A stretch of 64,000 nt of DNA from an uncultured virus (IMG/VR IMGVR_UViG_3300013307_000019) (Duplodnaviria; Heunggongvirae; Uroviricota; Caudoviricetes). Both the position numbers and the translations under genes were made by a program. The notes beneath the pieces are model-generated. The model had not been told where the DNA came from and did not search any database. It saw only the letters and a program-made list of their open reading frames with translations. The stretch lies in IMG/VR virus record IMGVR_UViG_3300013307_000019; one strand, 5' to 3'. Positions 39,621 to 48,042 of the stretch are shown in pieces; the stretch's first letter is position 1; each line of letters opens with the position of its first letter.

Positions 39621-39905
39621 ATGGATGCCGTTGTAGACCCGGCGCTTGAAGCCGAAATCGAAGAAGTATCGGTCACGGAACTCCCCGCCGTGGGACAGTT
39701 CGTCGCGTGCGAGGCCTGCCCGCACACGGACCACGTAGGGAAGCCGTGGGGACTCCGGTCCTACATGTTCTTCTACTTCAAGGACGGCCTCTTGGCCTAC
39801 TGCAAGCACCACGGAGAAATCTTCCAAGAGAAGCTTGAAGAGGCTGGCGGCATCCTGGTTATGGACACGCGGTACCTCCTCATCGAGAACCGCCTCAAGG
39901 ATTAG
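39621..39905 (+). CDS. Zn-binding hypothetical protein
   Basis: CEAC...L.YCKHHG; ATG 6 nt after CGATAGT. Confidence 0.6.
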   Translation: MDAVVDPALEAEIEEVSVTELPAVGQFVACEACPHTDHVGKPWGLRSYMFFYFKDGLLAYCKHHGEIFQEKLEEAGGILVMDTRYLLIENRLKD

Positions 39906-39941
39906 TGGCCACGTGCCAGATTTTAGTGTATAGTGGATGTC

Positions 39942-40013
39942 ATGAGTATTCAGTCAACGAATCAGAAGCGCGGAGCGACCATCGTCGTATCCGGCGCTGA
40001 GAGGCGTACCTGA
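39942..40013 (+). other. leaderless uORF MSIQSTNQKRGATIVVSGAERRT ahead of a terminator
   Basis: TATAGT-7nt-ATG; terminator 40036-40078 follows. Confidence 0.45.
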
Positions 40014-40035
40014 AGACTTAGAACCAGTCTACTAG

Positions 40036-40078
40036 GAGCCTCTGAAAGCAAAAAAGTTTTCAGAGGCTCTTGCTTTTC
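40036..40078 (+). terminator. terminator/attenuator hairpin
   Basis: GAGCCTCTGAAAG / TTTTCAGAGGCTC plus TTGCTTTT. Confidence 0.65.
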
Positions 40079-40130
40079 CTCCGAGAAAGGCGTAAGTTTT
40101 AGACATCAGCCACCTACGGGTGAGCAACAA

Positions 40131-40150
40131 GAACTTTGAGAACTCCACAG
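40131..40150 (+). promoter_or_regulatory. boxA-like element
   Basis: GAACTTTGAGAACTCCACAG, resembling actinobacterial rrn leader TTTGAGAACTCAA.AG; short hairpin upstream. Confidence 0.55.
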
Positions 40151-40223
40151 TGGAAATCCGAGCGGGACAGTAGTCCGGGCCTGAGCCAAGAAAGCTTTCA
40201 GGTACAACTAGTCTGCCCGCATT

Positions 40224-40313
40224 GGTGATGTGGCCGAGAGGCTTATGGCGCTCGCTTGGAAAGCGAGTAGAGTAGTGACCCTACTCTCGCAGGTTCAAAT
40301 CCTGTCATCACCG
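40224..40313 (+). tRNA. tRNA-Ser(GGA)
   Basis: Long variable arm, G73. Confidence 0.92.
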
Positions 40314-40391
40314 CGCGTATAAGGGACTCGTATGCCGAGGGCAACTACATCGGTTGTGCCAACCATATGGCGGGTTGGCCCTTATACCTAT

Positions 40392-40476
40392 GGAGATATG
40401 GTCGAGAGGCTTATGGCATCTGTTTCGAAAGCAGACGTACCGGAAGGTACCGGGGGTTCAAATCCCTCTATCTCCG
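40392..40476 (+). tRNA. tRNA-Ser(CGA)
   Basis: Long variable arm, G73. Confidence 0.92.
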
Positions 40477-40526
40477 CAGGGTCAGGGGTGTAGTGACGAC
40501 CGTGTTGTTGCATCTACTGACCATTT

Positions 40527-40612
40527 GGTGGGTTGGCAGAGAGGCTTATTGCGTCACTCTTGAAAAGTGAAAGTACCGGAAGGTACCGGGGGTTCAAATC
40601 CCTCACCCATCG
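40527..40612 (+). tRNA. tRNA-Ser(TGA)
   Basis: Long variable arm, G73. Confidence 0.92.
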
Positions 40613-40690
40613 CAATGCAAACCGCCCCTGCGGGGGTATGGAGCAGAAATCCAGTTACTAGTGCTGGTACGGTAGTGCGTACGACTGCCG

Positions 40691-40766
40691 AGGACAGTAG
40701 TATAGTGGCCGATTACCCCGCACCTTAACAATGCGGTAACGCGGGTTCAAATCCCGCCACGTCCTG
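40691..40766 (+). tRNA. atypical tRNA with 9-nt anticodon loop (identity undetermined)
   Basis: CCGCA-CCTTAACAA-TGCGG; GCGGG-TTCAAAT-CCCGC; bulged acceptor stem. Confidence 0.6.
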
Positions 40767-40769
40767 AAT

Positions 40770-40856
40770 GGTGATATGGCCGAGAGGCTTATGGCTCAAC
40801 TTTGCTAAAGTTGCGTAGCAGAAATGCTACCGGGGGTTCGAATCCCTCTATCACCG
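40770..40856 (+). tRNA. tRNA-Ser(GCT)
   Basis: CAACT-TTGCTAA-AGTTG, variable arm. Confidence 0.92.
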
Positions 40857-40987
40857 CAATTGGGTTCTCGATAAGCCATTAGGCAATCGTAGGGATGAGT
40901 AGGGTGGCTCCCTACAACACGGTCCTGGTGAGGCGCAGATGCGGCTCAAGCTTCCGAAGCCCAGCCAGTGGAGGGAAGTCGTTTTTT

Positions 40988-41060
40988 GGGTCCATCGTAT
41001 AACGGTTGATTACTGCTGACTCTTACTCAGTTAATCAGGGTTCGATTCCCTGTGGGCCTA
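40988..41060 (+). tRNA. tRNA-Lys(CTT)
   Basis: GCTGA-CTCTTAC-TCAGT. Confidence 0.85.
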
Positions 41061-41061
41061 C

Positions 41062-41176
41062 GAGGGAAGCAAATTGGGAGCGCAGTCAAGTCGGGCGAGC
41101 GGTTGCAAACGCGGACTTATGACCCGGTAGCGTCATGAACTACCGCGCGACTGCCTGGGTTCGAGTCCCAGCCCTT
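41062..41176 (+). ncRNA. tRNA-like RNA with T arm, no D stem and an internal pseudoknot
   Basis: CTGGG-TTCGAGT-CCCAG; GCAGTC/GACTGC arm; ATGAC/GTCAT plus CGGTAG/CTACCG pseudoknot. Confidence 0.5.
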
Positions 41177-41232
41177 AAACACTTGGCCGAAAAGGTCACA
41201 GCGGGGAGTATAGTTGTAGTGGAGGAACTACC

Positions 41233-41958
41233 ATGACAACTACCCCGGACGTGAAGGTTATTACCGTCCAACAGAAAAGCCCGCTACTTGGTCGTAATGT
41301 TGTTCACGACCCGCGTAGCCGAGCTTTCCCCCTACTACTTTCTTCCCCGGTGGACAAGTCCACTTGGAAGAACAAGGTAATTCGTGTCTACGACCCAACT
41401 CCTAATCCCAACCAGGAAATTGGATGTTGCACCGGAGTTGCGAAGTGCATCCAGCTAAATTCGGCTGGAAACCGGGTGAGCAAGAGATTTCTCACTTTCC
41501 GCGTGGGAAGCCGCGTCCTGAACATGTCGGACGCTGTGAAGCTGTACTCTCGTGCTACGGAGATTGACCCGTATGACGGTACCTACCCTCCTACGGACAC
41601 CGGTTCCTCTAGCCTAGCTTCGTGCAAGTCCGCACAAGACTTTGGTATCGCAGGAGCGTACAACTGGATTTTTGGTGGCGCTGACGAGGTAGTTCAGAAC
41701 ATCATGCAGGGTCGCACAATCTCAGTGGGAACCTGGTGGTACGAGGGCATGTTCAACAAGGATTCCAAGGGACGAATTAGGCCCACGGGAGAGAAGGTTG
41801 GCGGTCACCAATGGGCGGTACGCGGATACGATGTAGACCGTGATTGGGTCATGGGTCGGTGCTGGTGGGGAGACTTCCGAGACTTCTGGATTGCCCGCAC
41901 AGACCTTCAGTCCCTTCTCTTGGACGATGGGGATGCACATTTCCAGAAGTCCATTTAA
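41233..41958 (+). CDS. papain-like cysteine protease domain protein
   Basis: NQ.IG.CTG (oxyanion Q, catalytic C), GGHQ...GYD, WG. Confidence 0.7.
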   Translation: MTTTPDVKVITVQQKSPLLGRNVVHDPRSRAFPLLLSSPVDKSTWKNKVIRVYDPTPNPNQEIGCCTGVAKCIQLNSAGNRVSKRFLTFRVGSRVLNMSDAVKLYSRATEIDPYDGTYPPTDTGSSSLASCKSAQDFGIAGAYNWIFGGADEVVQNIMQGRTISVGTWWYEGMFNKDSKGRIRPTGEKVGGHQWAVRGYDVDRDWVMGRCWWGDFRDFWIARTDLQSLLLDDGDAHFQKSI

Positions 41959-42013
41959 GTAAACCAGAGATTTGCGAACTAGCGGGGTTGCTCTTAAACT
42001 AACTCCCTGCCAC

Positions 42014-42084
42014 GGGCTATTGGTGAAGAGGTATCACAAGACACTTCCAATGTTTTATCGCGGGTTCGATTCCCGCATAGCCCT
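42014..42084 (+). tRNA. tRNA-Gly(TCC)
   Basis: CTTCCAA loop, U73. Confidence 0.9.
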
Positions 42085-42258
42085 CAGCGGTCACTTGAAG
42101 GATGGACAAGTATCAATCTCCAGAGGCGATTGTTAGGACTCCTATATCCTAAGCAACTAGGACAGTGACAGTAGCTCGGGAAGGTTGCAATTCCATGGGG
42201 CTACGGCGAATCCCATCGTCAAATGCAATACCCCGGGCACACGGGGTAACGGGAATTT

Positions 42259-42329
42259 GGGATATTGATGTAATGGTAGCCTACGACCTTGCCATGGTTG
42301 TCGCGCGGGTTCGATTCCCGCATATCCCT
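42259..42329 (+). tRNA. tRNA-Gly(GCC)
   Basis: TTGCCAT loop, U73. Confidence 0.88.
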
Positions 42330-42514
42330 CTGGAATTCTAGTGAGTCAAACAGCGTGAAAAGTAGAGTCACTTTCTCCCCCTGTTGGGTGGGCATCGCTA
42401 ACCGGTTATTCACGGTGCACGTTGAAGGCGTACTGGGGTTTTTAAAACGGTTCTCTACTACCGCCTCCTTTCGGCCCTGTAGCGGACGACCTGCTCATTA
42501 CGAATTCCTACCCT

Positions 42515-42588
42515 GCCCTTATAGCTCCAACGGCTAGAGCGCTTCACTTGTAATGAAGATGTTGTGGGTTCGAATCCTACTGGGGGCA
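42515..42588 (+). tRNA. tRNA-Thr(TGT)
   Basis: CTTCA-CTTGTAA-TGAAG. Confidence 0.92.
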
Positions 42589-42750
42589 CGCTTTGACAGA
42601 GGCCGTCCGAAAAAAGGTTCGCACTAGGACGTTAAACAGAGACAAACCAGGAACCTTGCGGGGCGTAAACAGTTCCCCAAGACCCGAAGCGGCTTTCGTA
42701 TTCGAAGAGTCATGGATAGACGCAGTGAAGCTGTTAGGTCTCACCAATTA

Positions 42751-42824
42751 GCCCGATTCGCTTAGTGGTAAAGCGGCTGTTTCGTAATCAGCAACCGTCA
42801 GTTCGATTCTGGCATTGGGCACCA
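42751..42824 (+). tRNA. tRNA-Thr(CGT)
   Basis: TTCGTAA loop; encoded CCA. Confidence 0.9.
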
Positions 42825-42825
42825 A

Positions 42826-42901
42826 GCCTCCATAGCTCCAATTGGTTAGAGCGCATCCTTGGTATGGATGAGGATTCTGGGTTCGAGTCCCAGTGGTGGC
42901 A
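42826..42901 (+). tRNA. tRNA-Thr(GGT)
   Basis: CATCC-TTGGTAT-GGATG. Confidence 0.9.
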
Positions 42902-43029
42902 CGGGGGAAAGTAACGGGTGGTGCCGACTTCGAGAATCTGGAAGTAAGCGCACGTATTCTAGATACTACGTGTGATAGGTAAGGCATAAGTTCTCTACCA
43001 ACCTGAAAAGGACGAGAAACCCCCACCAA

Positions 43030-43102
43030 CGTTGCGTAGCCAAGTGGGAAGGCGCTGGCTTCATAATCCAGTCACGAGTGAGTTCGATTCTCACCGCAAC
43101 GA
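43030..43102 (+). tRNA. tRNA-Met(CAT) (elongator or Ile2)
   Basis: TTCATAA loop; paired 1-72. Confidence 0.82.
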
Positions 43103-43108
43103 CAGTAC

Positions 43109-43182
43109 GCCGCGTAGGCCGATTGGTGAGAGGCACCAAGCTTATATCTTGGGAAATGTAGGTTCAATTCCTACACGCGGTA
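43109..43182 (+). tRNA. tRNA-Ile(TAT)
   Basis: CCAAG-CTTATAT-CTTGG; A73. Confidence 0.8.
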
Positions 43183-43271
43183 CGGCGGGAGACCATGAAC
43201 CCCATCATGGGCAGACGTAGTGAGGTCGCAATGACAAGTCTGTAGCTGACTGGGTAACAGCGCCGCAATTT

Positions 43272-43345
43272 GGTCATGTAGCTCAGTAGGTTAGAGCGCT
43301 ATCTCGACACGGTAGAGGCCAAGAGTTCGAATCTCTTCTTGACCA
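43272..43345 (+). tRNA. tRNA-Val(GAC)
   Basis: CTATC-TCGACAC-GGTAG (C at position 33). Confidence 0.85.
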
Positions 43346-43348
43346 CAG

Positions 43349-43377
43349 TTGACACAGGCTGAAGTAGCACGTATACT
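43349..43377 (+). promoter_or_regulatory. host sigmaA-type promoter (class I)
   Basis: TTGACA-17-TATACT; TACCAACCAA leader. Confidence 0.8.
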
Positions 43378-43411
43378 TAAAGTACCAACCAACGAGAGGA
43401 CGGTACAGAAA

Positions 43412-43927
43412 ATGCCTTGTCGATACGACCCCACGGAAGCGGAGATTGAAGCGGCCCGTGAGAAGAAGTTCGCCCTTCAGACCAAGCCCATGCGCGAAGC
43501 GCTGGATAGGCTGACACACGAGAACGATGTTCTCCGGGAAGCACTTCTGGCTCTCCGTCCTTACACTCTTGTCAAGACACTGAGTGGAATCATCAAAAAG
43601 GTGGACGACGATCAGTGGTCCAACATTTTCGATGAGGAGCGCGATCAGATTGTAGGAGCGTTTGAGGCCTACCTGGAAGAGCTTGGCATCCCTAGCGATG
43701 TTTGGGACAAGATTCAGGAGGATCAGGTAGAGCACCGCAAGGAAGACCTTCGTCGTCTTGAGAAGACCTTCAACGATAAGCTGGCAGACCTGTACAAGTC
43801 CGGTCGCCGCTGGGACGGATTCAAAGAGGAACGCAACACACTCTTTGACCGTCTTCGTAAAGTTGAAGAGGCGGACCCGGATAAGCCCCTTGCGCCTCAG
43901 TTGGGTTTTGATCCCGACGACTTCTAA
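43412..43927 (+). CDS. hypothetical protein
   Basis: MPCRYDP start, helical; own promoter. Confidence 0.7.
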   Translation: MPCRYDPTEAEIEAAREKKFALQTKPMREALDRLTHENDVLREALLALRPYTLVKTLSGIIKKVDDDQWSNIFDEERDQIVGAFEAYLEELGIPSDVWDKIQEDQVEHRKEDLRRLEKTFNDKLADLYKSGRRWDGFKEERNTLFDRLRKVEEADPDKPLAPQLGFDPDDF

Positions 43928-43991
43928 GAACTTGAAGCGGTCCTAGTAACCGCTCGTTACAGGTTAGCCACCTGTTCAAGAAAACGGCTAC

Positions 43992-44063
43992 GCCCCGGTC
44001 ATTCAACGGCAAGGATTCCTGTTTTACACACAGGTCATGTGGGTTCGATTCCCGCCTGGGGTA
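43992..44063 (+). tRNA. tRNA-Val(TAC)
   Basis: CCTGT-TTTACAC-ACAGG. Confidence 0.88.
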
Positions 44064-44219
44064 CGAGGAACAATGTAACTACTCTACGCAACCTCATAAA
44101 CGCAGAAGGAGTAGACGGTGGGAAAGCCCTGTAATGGGACTCCGGAAAAGTCCGTAAAGCTTTTCCCAATTGACATGACAGCCAGTTATGGACGCTATAA
44201 TCGGAAAAGGAGGTCCATC

Positions 44220-44693
44220 ATGTCAGGGTATGTAGAACTGTACAATCAGGGTGGCACCGAGTTTCTGAAGAGAGTGTCCCTGAAGCACGCCATGCAAATG
44301 ATTTGGCGTGGAGTAGCGCGCGCCATCGAGACCGATGGTTCCTTCAACACGTCCCACGGTGCCTTCGAGCGCCCAAAGACTCTTGAATTGGTCCGCTACA
44401 TCTACACAAAGTGGCGGTATGAGAAGAAGGTTGACGCAACCGTAACTAGAAACCGGATTCTTAAGCGGGACAAGCACATCTGTGCATACTGCGGAGTCTC
44501 CGGTGCCAACACAATTGACCACATCCAGCCTAAGTCACGGGGTGGAGAAGATTCTTGGTTGAACTTGGTAACGGCTTGCTTGAAGTGTAACAACCTCAAG
44601 GACGACCGGACTCCTAAGGAAGCCCGTATGAAGCTTAAGTACGAGCCAAGAGTTCCTTCGTTCGCGGAGGTCTACTCTTGGGGACGTACCTGA
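44220..44693 (+). CDS. HNH endonuclease
   Basis: ILKRD...CAYCG...TIDHIQPKSRGG..SW.NLVTAC..CN..K. Confidence 0.9.
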   Translation: MSGYVELYNQGGTEFLKRVSLKHAMQMIWRGVARAIETDGSFNTSHGAFERPKTLELVRYIYTKWRYEKKVDATVTRNRILKRDKHICAYCGVSGANTIDHIQPKSRGGEDSWLNLVTACLKCNNLKDDRTPKEARMKLKYEPRVPSFAEVYSWGRT

Positions 44694-44731
44694 GTGAGTG
44701 ACCTGAGACATGTCACGAAACTGTCTCACAT

Positions 44732-44803
44732 TGGATTGTAGTGTAATTGGCAACACGGCTGGCTGTTACCCAGCTATTTAAGGTTCGAATCCTTACATTC
44801 CAG
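44732..44803 (+). tRNA. tRNA-Asn(GTT)
   Basis: GCTGG-CTGTTAC-CCAGC; U1-A72, G73. Confidence 0.85.
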
Positions 44804-44906
44804 CGCAGGTTAGCAGAAACCATCCGAAATGCGCACGGACAGGTCTGCTAAGCCTCCCGTTTAGTCGGGCGTGCCGAGGGCCACGATACAAAAGCCCTCT
44901 CCTTAT

Positions 44907-44979
44907 TCCTCCGTAGCTCAGTTGGTAGAGTGGGTGACTGTTAATCACTTGGTCGTTGGTTCGAGTCCAGCCGGGGGAG
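44907..44979 (+). tRNA. tRNA-Asn(GTT)
   Basis: Canonical TCCTCCG...CTGTTAA. Confidence 0.92.
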
Positions 44980-45033
44980 CGCAAAACTGAAGAGTTTCTT
45001 GAAAACCACCAATCAGAGGCGTAAAGATACAAC

Positions 45034-46101
45034 ATGACCTACTACCTTCGGCAAGGTGACATGTTCTCGGTGACATCCGAGAGTGCCATTGACCTTCACA
45101 AGATTCTTCCGGCATGGACGTTCACCGTTGGTCAGAATCCCATGACCGGCGCGTTCTACCTGCAACGTGTCAAGGATTACGTGTTCAAGAACAAGATTTA
45201 CGGCGACACGCTCCGGAACACCCAACGCATCCTCAGCACCTTCGACCTTCGTGCGAACGCCACGGGCGTGATGCTCACCGGCGAGCAGGGTTCGGGAAAG
45301 ACTCTTCTGGCCACCATGCTCAGCATTGTAGGCCGCGAGGAGGGCATTCCCACCATCGTTATCAACGAGCCGTGGCACGGGGAAGGCTTCAACGCTTTCA
45401 TCCAGAGCATCGAGCAGAAGGCTATCGTCATCTTCGATGAGTTCGAGAAGGTGTACGACAAGGAGACTCAGGAGAAGATGCTCACGCTCTTCGACGGGGT
45501 TTACCCGAGCAAGAAGCTCTTCATCATCACGTGCAACGACAAGTACCGCGTGAACGACCACATGAAGAATCGGCCAGGAAGATTCTTCTACCGCCTTGAG
45601 TTCAAGGGACTCGAATCTGAGTTCATCGAGGAGTACTGTCAGGACAACCTTGAGAACAAGGACTACATCGACAGCATTTGTCGCATCGCCCTCCTCTTCG
45701 GGGAGTTCACCTTCGACATGCTCAAGGCCATGGTCGAGGAAATGAACCGCTACGGCGAGTCTCCTCAGGAAGTCATGAAGGTTCTGAACGCCAAGCCTGA
45801 GTACTCCGAGTCGGTTCCCTACGACATCGTTCTCGCAGTGAACGGCAAGCGCATCCCAGAGTCCAAGCTGTACAACCCCACGTGGACCGGCAACCCACTC
45901 AGCGGTACCCTGAAGATCATGTACCAGGGCAAGCCAGACAAGGACGGGGACTGGGAGTACGTGCAACAGAAGTTCACGACTGAAGACCTGAAGAACATCG
46001 ATACAGAGTCGGGGAAGTTCATCTTCGACAATGGCAAGGGTGCACAGCTTTCTCTTCAGAAGAAGAAGCCAGTTCACTCCAACTGGGAAGTCCTGGTCTG
46101 A
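45034..46101 (+). CDS. AAA+ ATPase
   Basis: GEQGSGKT, FDEFEK, TCN, NRPGR. Confidence 0.88.
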   Translation: MTYYLRQGDMFSVTSESAIDLHKILPAWTFTVGQNPMTGAFYLQRVKDYVFKNKIYGDTLRNTQRILSTFDLRANATGVMLTGEQGSGKTLLATMLSIVGREEGIPTIVINEPWHGEGFNAFIQSIEQKAIVIFDEFEKVYDKETQEKMLTLFDGVYPSKKLFIITCNDKYRVNDHMKNRPGRFFYRLEFKGLESEFIEEYCQDNLENKDYIDSICRIALLFGEFTFDMLKAMVEEMNRYGESPQEVMKVLNAKPEYSESVPYDIVLAVNGKRIPESKLYNPTWTGNPLSGTLKIMYQGKPDKDGDWEYVQQKFTTEDLKNIDTESGKFIFDNGKGAQLSLQKKKPVHSNWEVLV

Positions 46102-46145
46102 CAAGAAATTCAGGGGCGCGTCTGAATGAGAACAACGCGCACTTT

Positions 46146-46217
46146 GCCTCTATGGTCCAAAGGATATGACACCGGTCTACGGAACCGGGGATGGGGGTTC
46201 GATTCCCTCTAGGGGTA
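46146..46217 (+). tRNA. tRNA-Arg(ACG)
   Basis: CCGGT-CTACGGA-ACCGG. Confidence 0.9.
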
Positions 46218-46256
46218 CGGGCAAAAGTAAGAGCCTACGACGTAGAATGGAAGTAC

Positions 46257-46329
46257 GCCTTGATAGTTCAGCGGAGAGAATAGCAGTTTCCTAAACTGTC
46301 GGTCGCGGGTTCGAATCCCGCTCAGGGCA
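46257..46329 (+). tRNA. tRNA-Arg(CCT)
   Basis: GCAGT-TTCCTAA-ACTGT. Confidence 0.9.
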
Positions 46330-46382
46330 CTTGCCTTAGGATGGGCAACTCCTGAGCATGAGAATAAACTGCTCACTCATAT

Positions 46383-46455
46383 TCCCTGTTGGTGTAAATG
46401 GCTAACACGACTGACTCTGACTCAGTTATTTTTGGTTCGAATCCAGAGCGGGGAG
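46383..46455 (+). tRNA. tRNA-Gln(CTG)
   Basis: ACTGA-CTCTGAC-TCAGT; U1-A72. Confidence 0.9.
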
Positions 46456-46509
46456 CGAGGTTGGAAAACCAACACAGGCCGCGTGCCGCTGTGTAAAGCT
46501 TCCACATAT

Positions 46510-46580
46510 TCTGGAATCGTTTAATGGTAGGACGACAGTCTTTGGAACTGTCTATGTTGGTTCGAATCCAGCTTCCAGAG
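46510..46580 (+). tRNA. tRNA-Gln(TTG)
   Basis: ACAGT-CTTTGGA-ACTGT. Confidence 0.9.
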
Positions 46581-46603
46581 CGACAAACAAGAAGGGCAGT
46601 ACC

Positions 46604-46780
46604 ATGAACACGGATATTCACCAGGACGACAGGTTTGTTTCCCTCAAGGGCGACAGAACCGTAAGAGTGGTAGTTGTGGACTCCCTTGGTGAGCGGTACC
46701 AGATTGAGAACGAGGCAACAGGCCGCAAGACCTGGACTACCGCCGACAAGCTCTTCAGGAATTACGCTCCACTTATTTGA
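46604..46780 (+). CDS. small hypothetical protein (58 aa)
   Basis: SD-like AAGGG; MNTDIHQDDRFVSLKGDRTVRVVVVD... Confidence 0.5.
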   Translation: MNTDIHQDDRFVSLKGDRTVRVVVVDSLGERYQIENEATGRKTWTTADKLFRNYAPLI

Positions 46781-46872
46781 TCTACGCAATACCGGACGTG
46801 CACAGAGGGTATTGTATGCCGCAGGGTGAGTGCGGTTCATCGGGTCCTCATCGAATTAGACCCGATTTATTC

Positions 46873-46946
46873 GTCCACGTAGTTCAACAGGACAGAACAT
46901 CAGTCTCCGACACTGAAGGTTAGGGGTTCGAATCCCCTTGTGGACA
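46873..46946 (+). tRNA. tRNA-Arg(CCG)
   Basis: TCAGT-CTCCGAC-ACTGA. Confidence 0.88.
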
Positions 46947-46947
46947 C

Positions 46948-47172
46948 ATGGAAGAAAAAGAAGATTATCCCTGCCCACACGACGAACACAGCATCGACAT
47001 CGGAGTCTCTATCGGCAAATACGATGCTTGGCGTGAAGCACAAGCCGCTTTCGACAAGGGTGAGATTGAGCTTTGGTTGGACTACAACCGGCCCAAGACT
47101 CTTGAGGCTTGGAAAGAGTGGAGAGAGCTTCACGGCTCTCACGAGGACATGGAAGCTCGCTGGAAGGACTAG
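46948..47172 (+). CDS. hypothetical protein
   Basis: ATG immediately after the tRNA 3' end. Confidence 0.45.
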   Translation: MEEKEDYPCPHDEHSIDIGVSIGKYDAWREAQAAFDKGEIELWLDYNRPKTLEAWKEWRELHGSHEDMEARWKD

Positions 47173-47173
47173 A

Positions 47174-47467
47174 GTGTTCAAGCGGATAGTAAGCCGTGAG
47201 AACGGCACTCCCTGGCCTCCTACGGGCATGAACACCGAGAAGTGGCGCACACTTCCACTCAACCAATTCCCCATCAGCGAGCTTATCGCTATGCAGGATG
47301 GCGTATACTTCCACGCTCTTGCAGAAGATTATGTGCATATGCACGACGATTGGCCGCATGTAGTTTTGTGGAACGGGGAAGCCTATCTAGAAGATGGGCA
47401 CCACAGAGTGGTTAAAGCACTCTTGCGGGGCGAGGAGTTCATAGTAGCAAGGGTTTTGGGTCTCTAG
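47174..47467 (+). CDS. ParB-like nuclease domain protein
   Basis: PHVV.W.G..YLEDGHHR..KA motif; stop overlaps tRNA-Lys. Confidence 0.65.
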   Translation: MFKRIVSRENGTPWPPTGMNTEKWRTLPLNQFPISELIAMQDGVYFHALAEDYVHMHDDWPHVVLWNGEAYLEDGHHRVVKALLRGEEFIVARVLGL

Positions 47468-47530
47468 TTTAACGGTAAAACCGCAGACTTTTAATCTGTC
47501 AGAGTGTGGGTTCGAATCCCACGGGGCCTA
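47458..47530 (+). tRNA. tRNA-Lys(TTT)
   Basis: GCAGA-CTTTTAA-TCTGT. Confidence 0.9.
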
Positions 47531-47545
47531 CGCGATAGTAAACGT

Positions 47546-47812
47546 ATGAAGATTTTCAAGAAAGCACTTGACAAGCTAGACGACTCGACTTTCCTACAAA
47601 AGTTCCACGGTTGGTTCACGGTCATCTGGTTCGTGGCGGCATTCCCCGTCTGCATCTGGCTCAACCAGTCAGTGCCATTCCTTGTCTTCATCAGTGTGTA
47701 CGCCATCGTCATTTCCCATTGGAGCGCCTGGCAAGCCGCGCGCATCGAGGTTAAAGACGACGCTAAGGAAGAAGCTGAAAATGAAAATGCTGGGGAAGAT
47801 TCACGAGGGTAA
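47546..47812 (+). CDS. membrane protein (leaderless)
   Basis: Two TM segments; ATG 6 nt after CGATAGT. Confidence 0.65.
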   Translation: MKIFKKALDKLDDSTFLQKFHGWFTVIWFVAAFPVCIWLNQSVPFLVFISVYAIVISHWSAWQAARIEVKDDAKEEAENENAGEDSRG

Positions 47813-47946
47813 CTGTGACTGCAACATCGAGCACATTGTCTCCGGTAGTAACGAGAAGTGCAACCATCGCTACGGCGTAAAGCGTCAGCGCGCAAAAGAG
47901 AAGCGCGTTTGGAAGAAGAACAATCCAGACGTATAGATTTAAGTAC

Positions 47947-48020
47947 GGCGGTGTGACCGAGTGGTTTCAGGTGACAGATTGCAACCCTGTTTTACGCCGG
48001 TTCGATTCCGGCCACCGCTT
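47947..48020 (+). tRNA. tRNA-Cys(GCA)
   Basis: TTGCAAC loop, U73. Confidence 0.9.
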
Positions 48021-48042
48021 CGACATTCGAGAAAGATGAAGC

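Noticed and set aside
40691..40766. Genome-wide stop-codon reassignment implied by the UUA-readable tRNA
   Set aside because: Genes are intact under the standard code, and TAA, TAG and TGA all end conserved genes
45013..46104. Long minus-strand ORFs (also 27864-28568, 30967-31794, 38031-38789, 55728-56543)
   Set aside because: They mirror well-supported + strand genes, as expected from GC-rich codon bias, and show no recognisable motifs or start signals
47184..47198. GGATAGT as a class III promoter for the ParB-like gene
   Set aside because: The following GTG is out of frame and the motif lies inside the coding sequence
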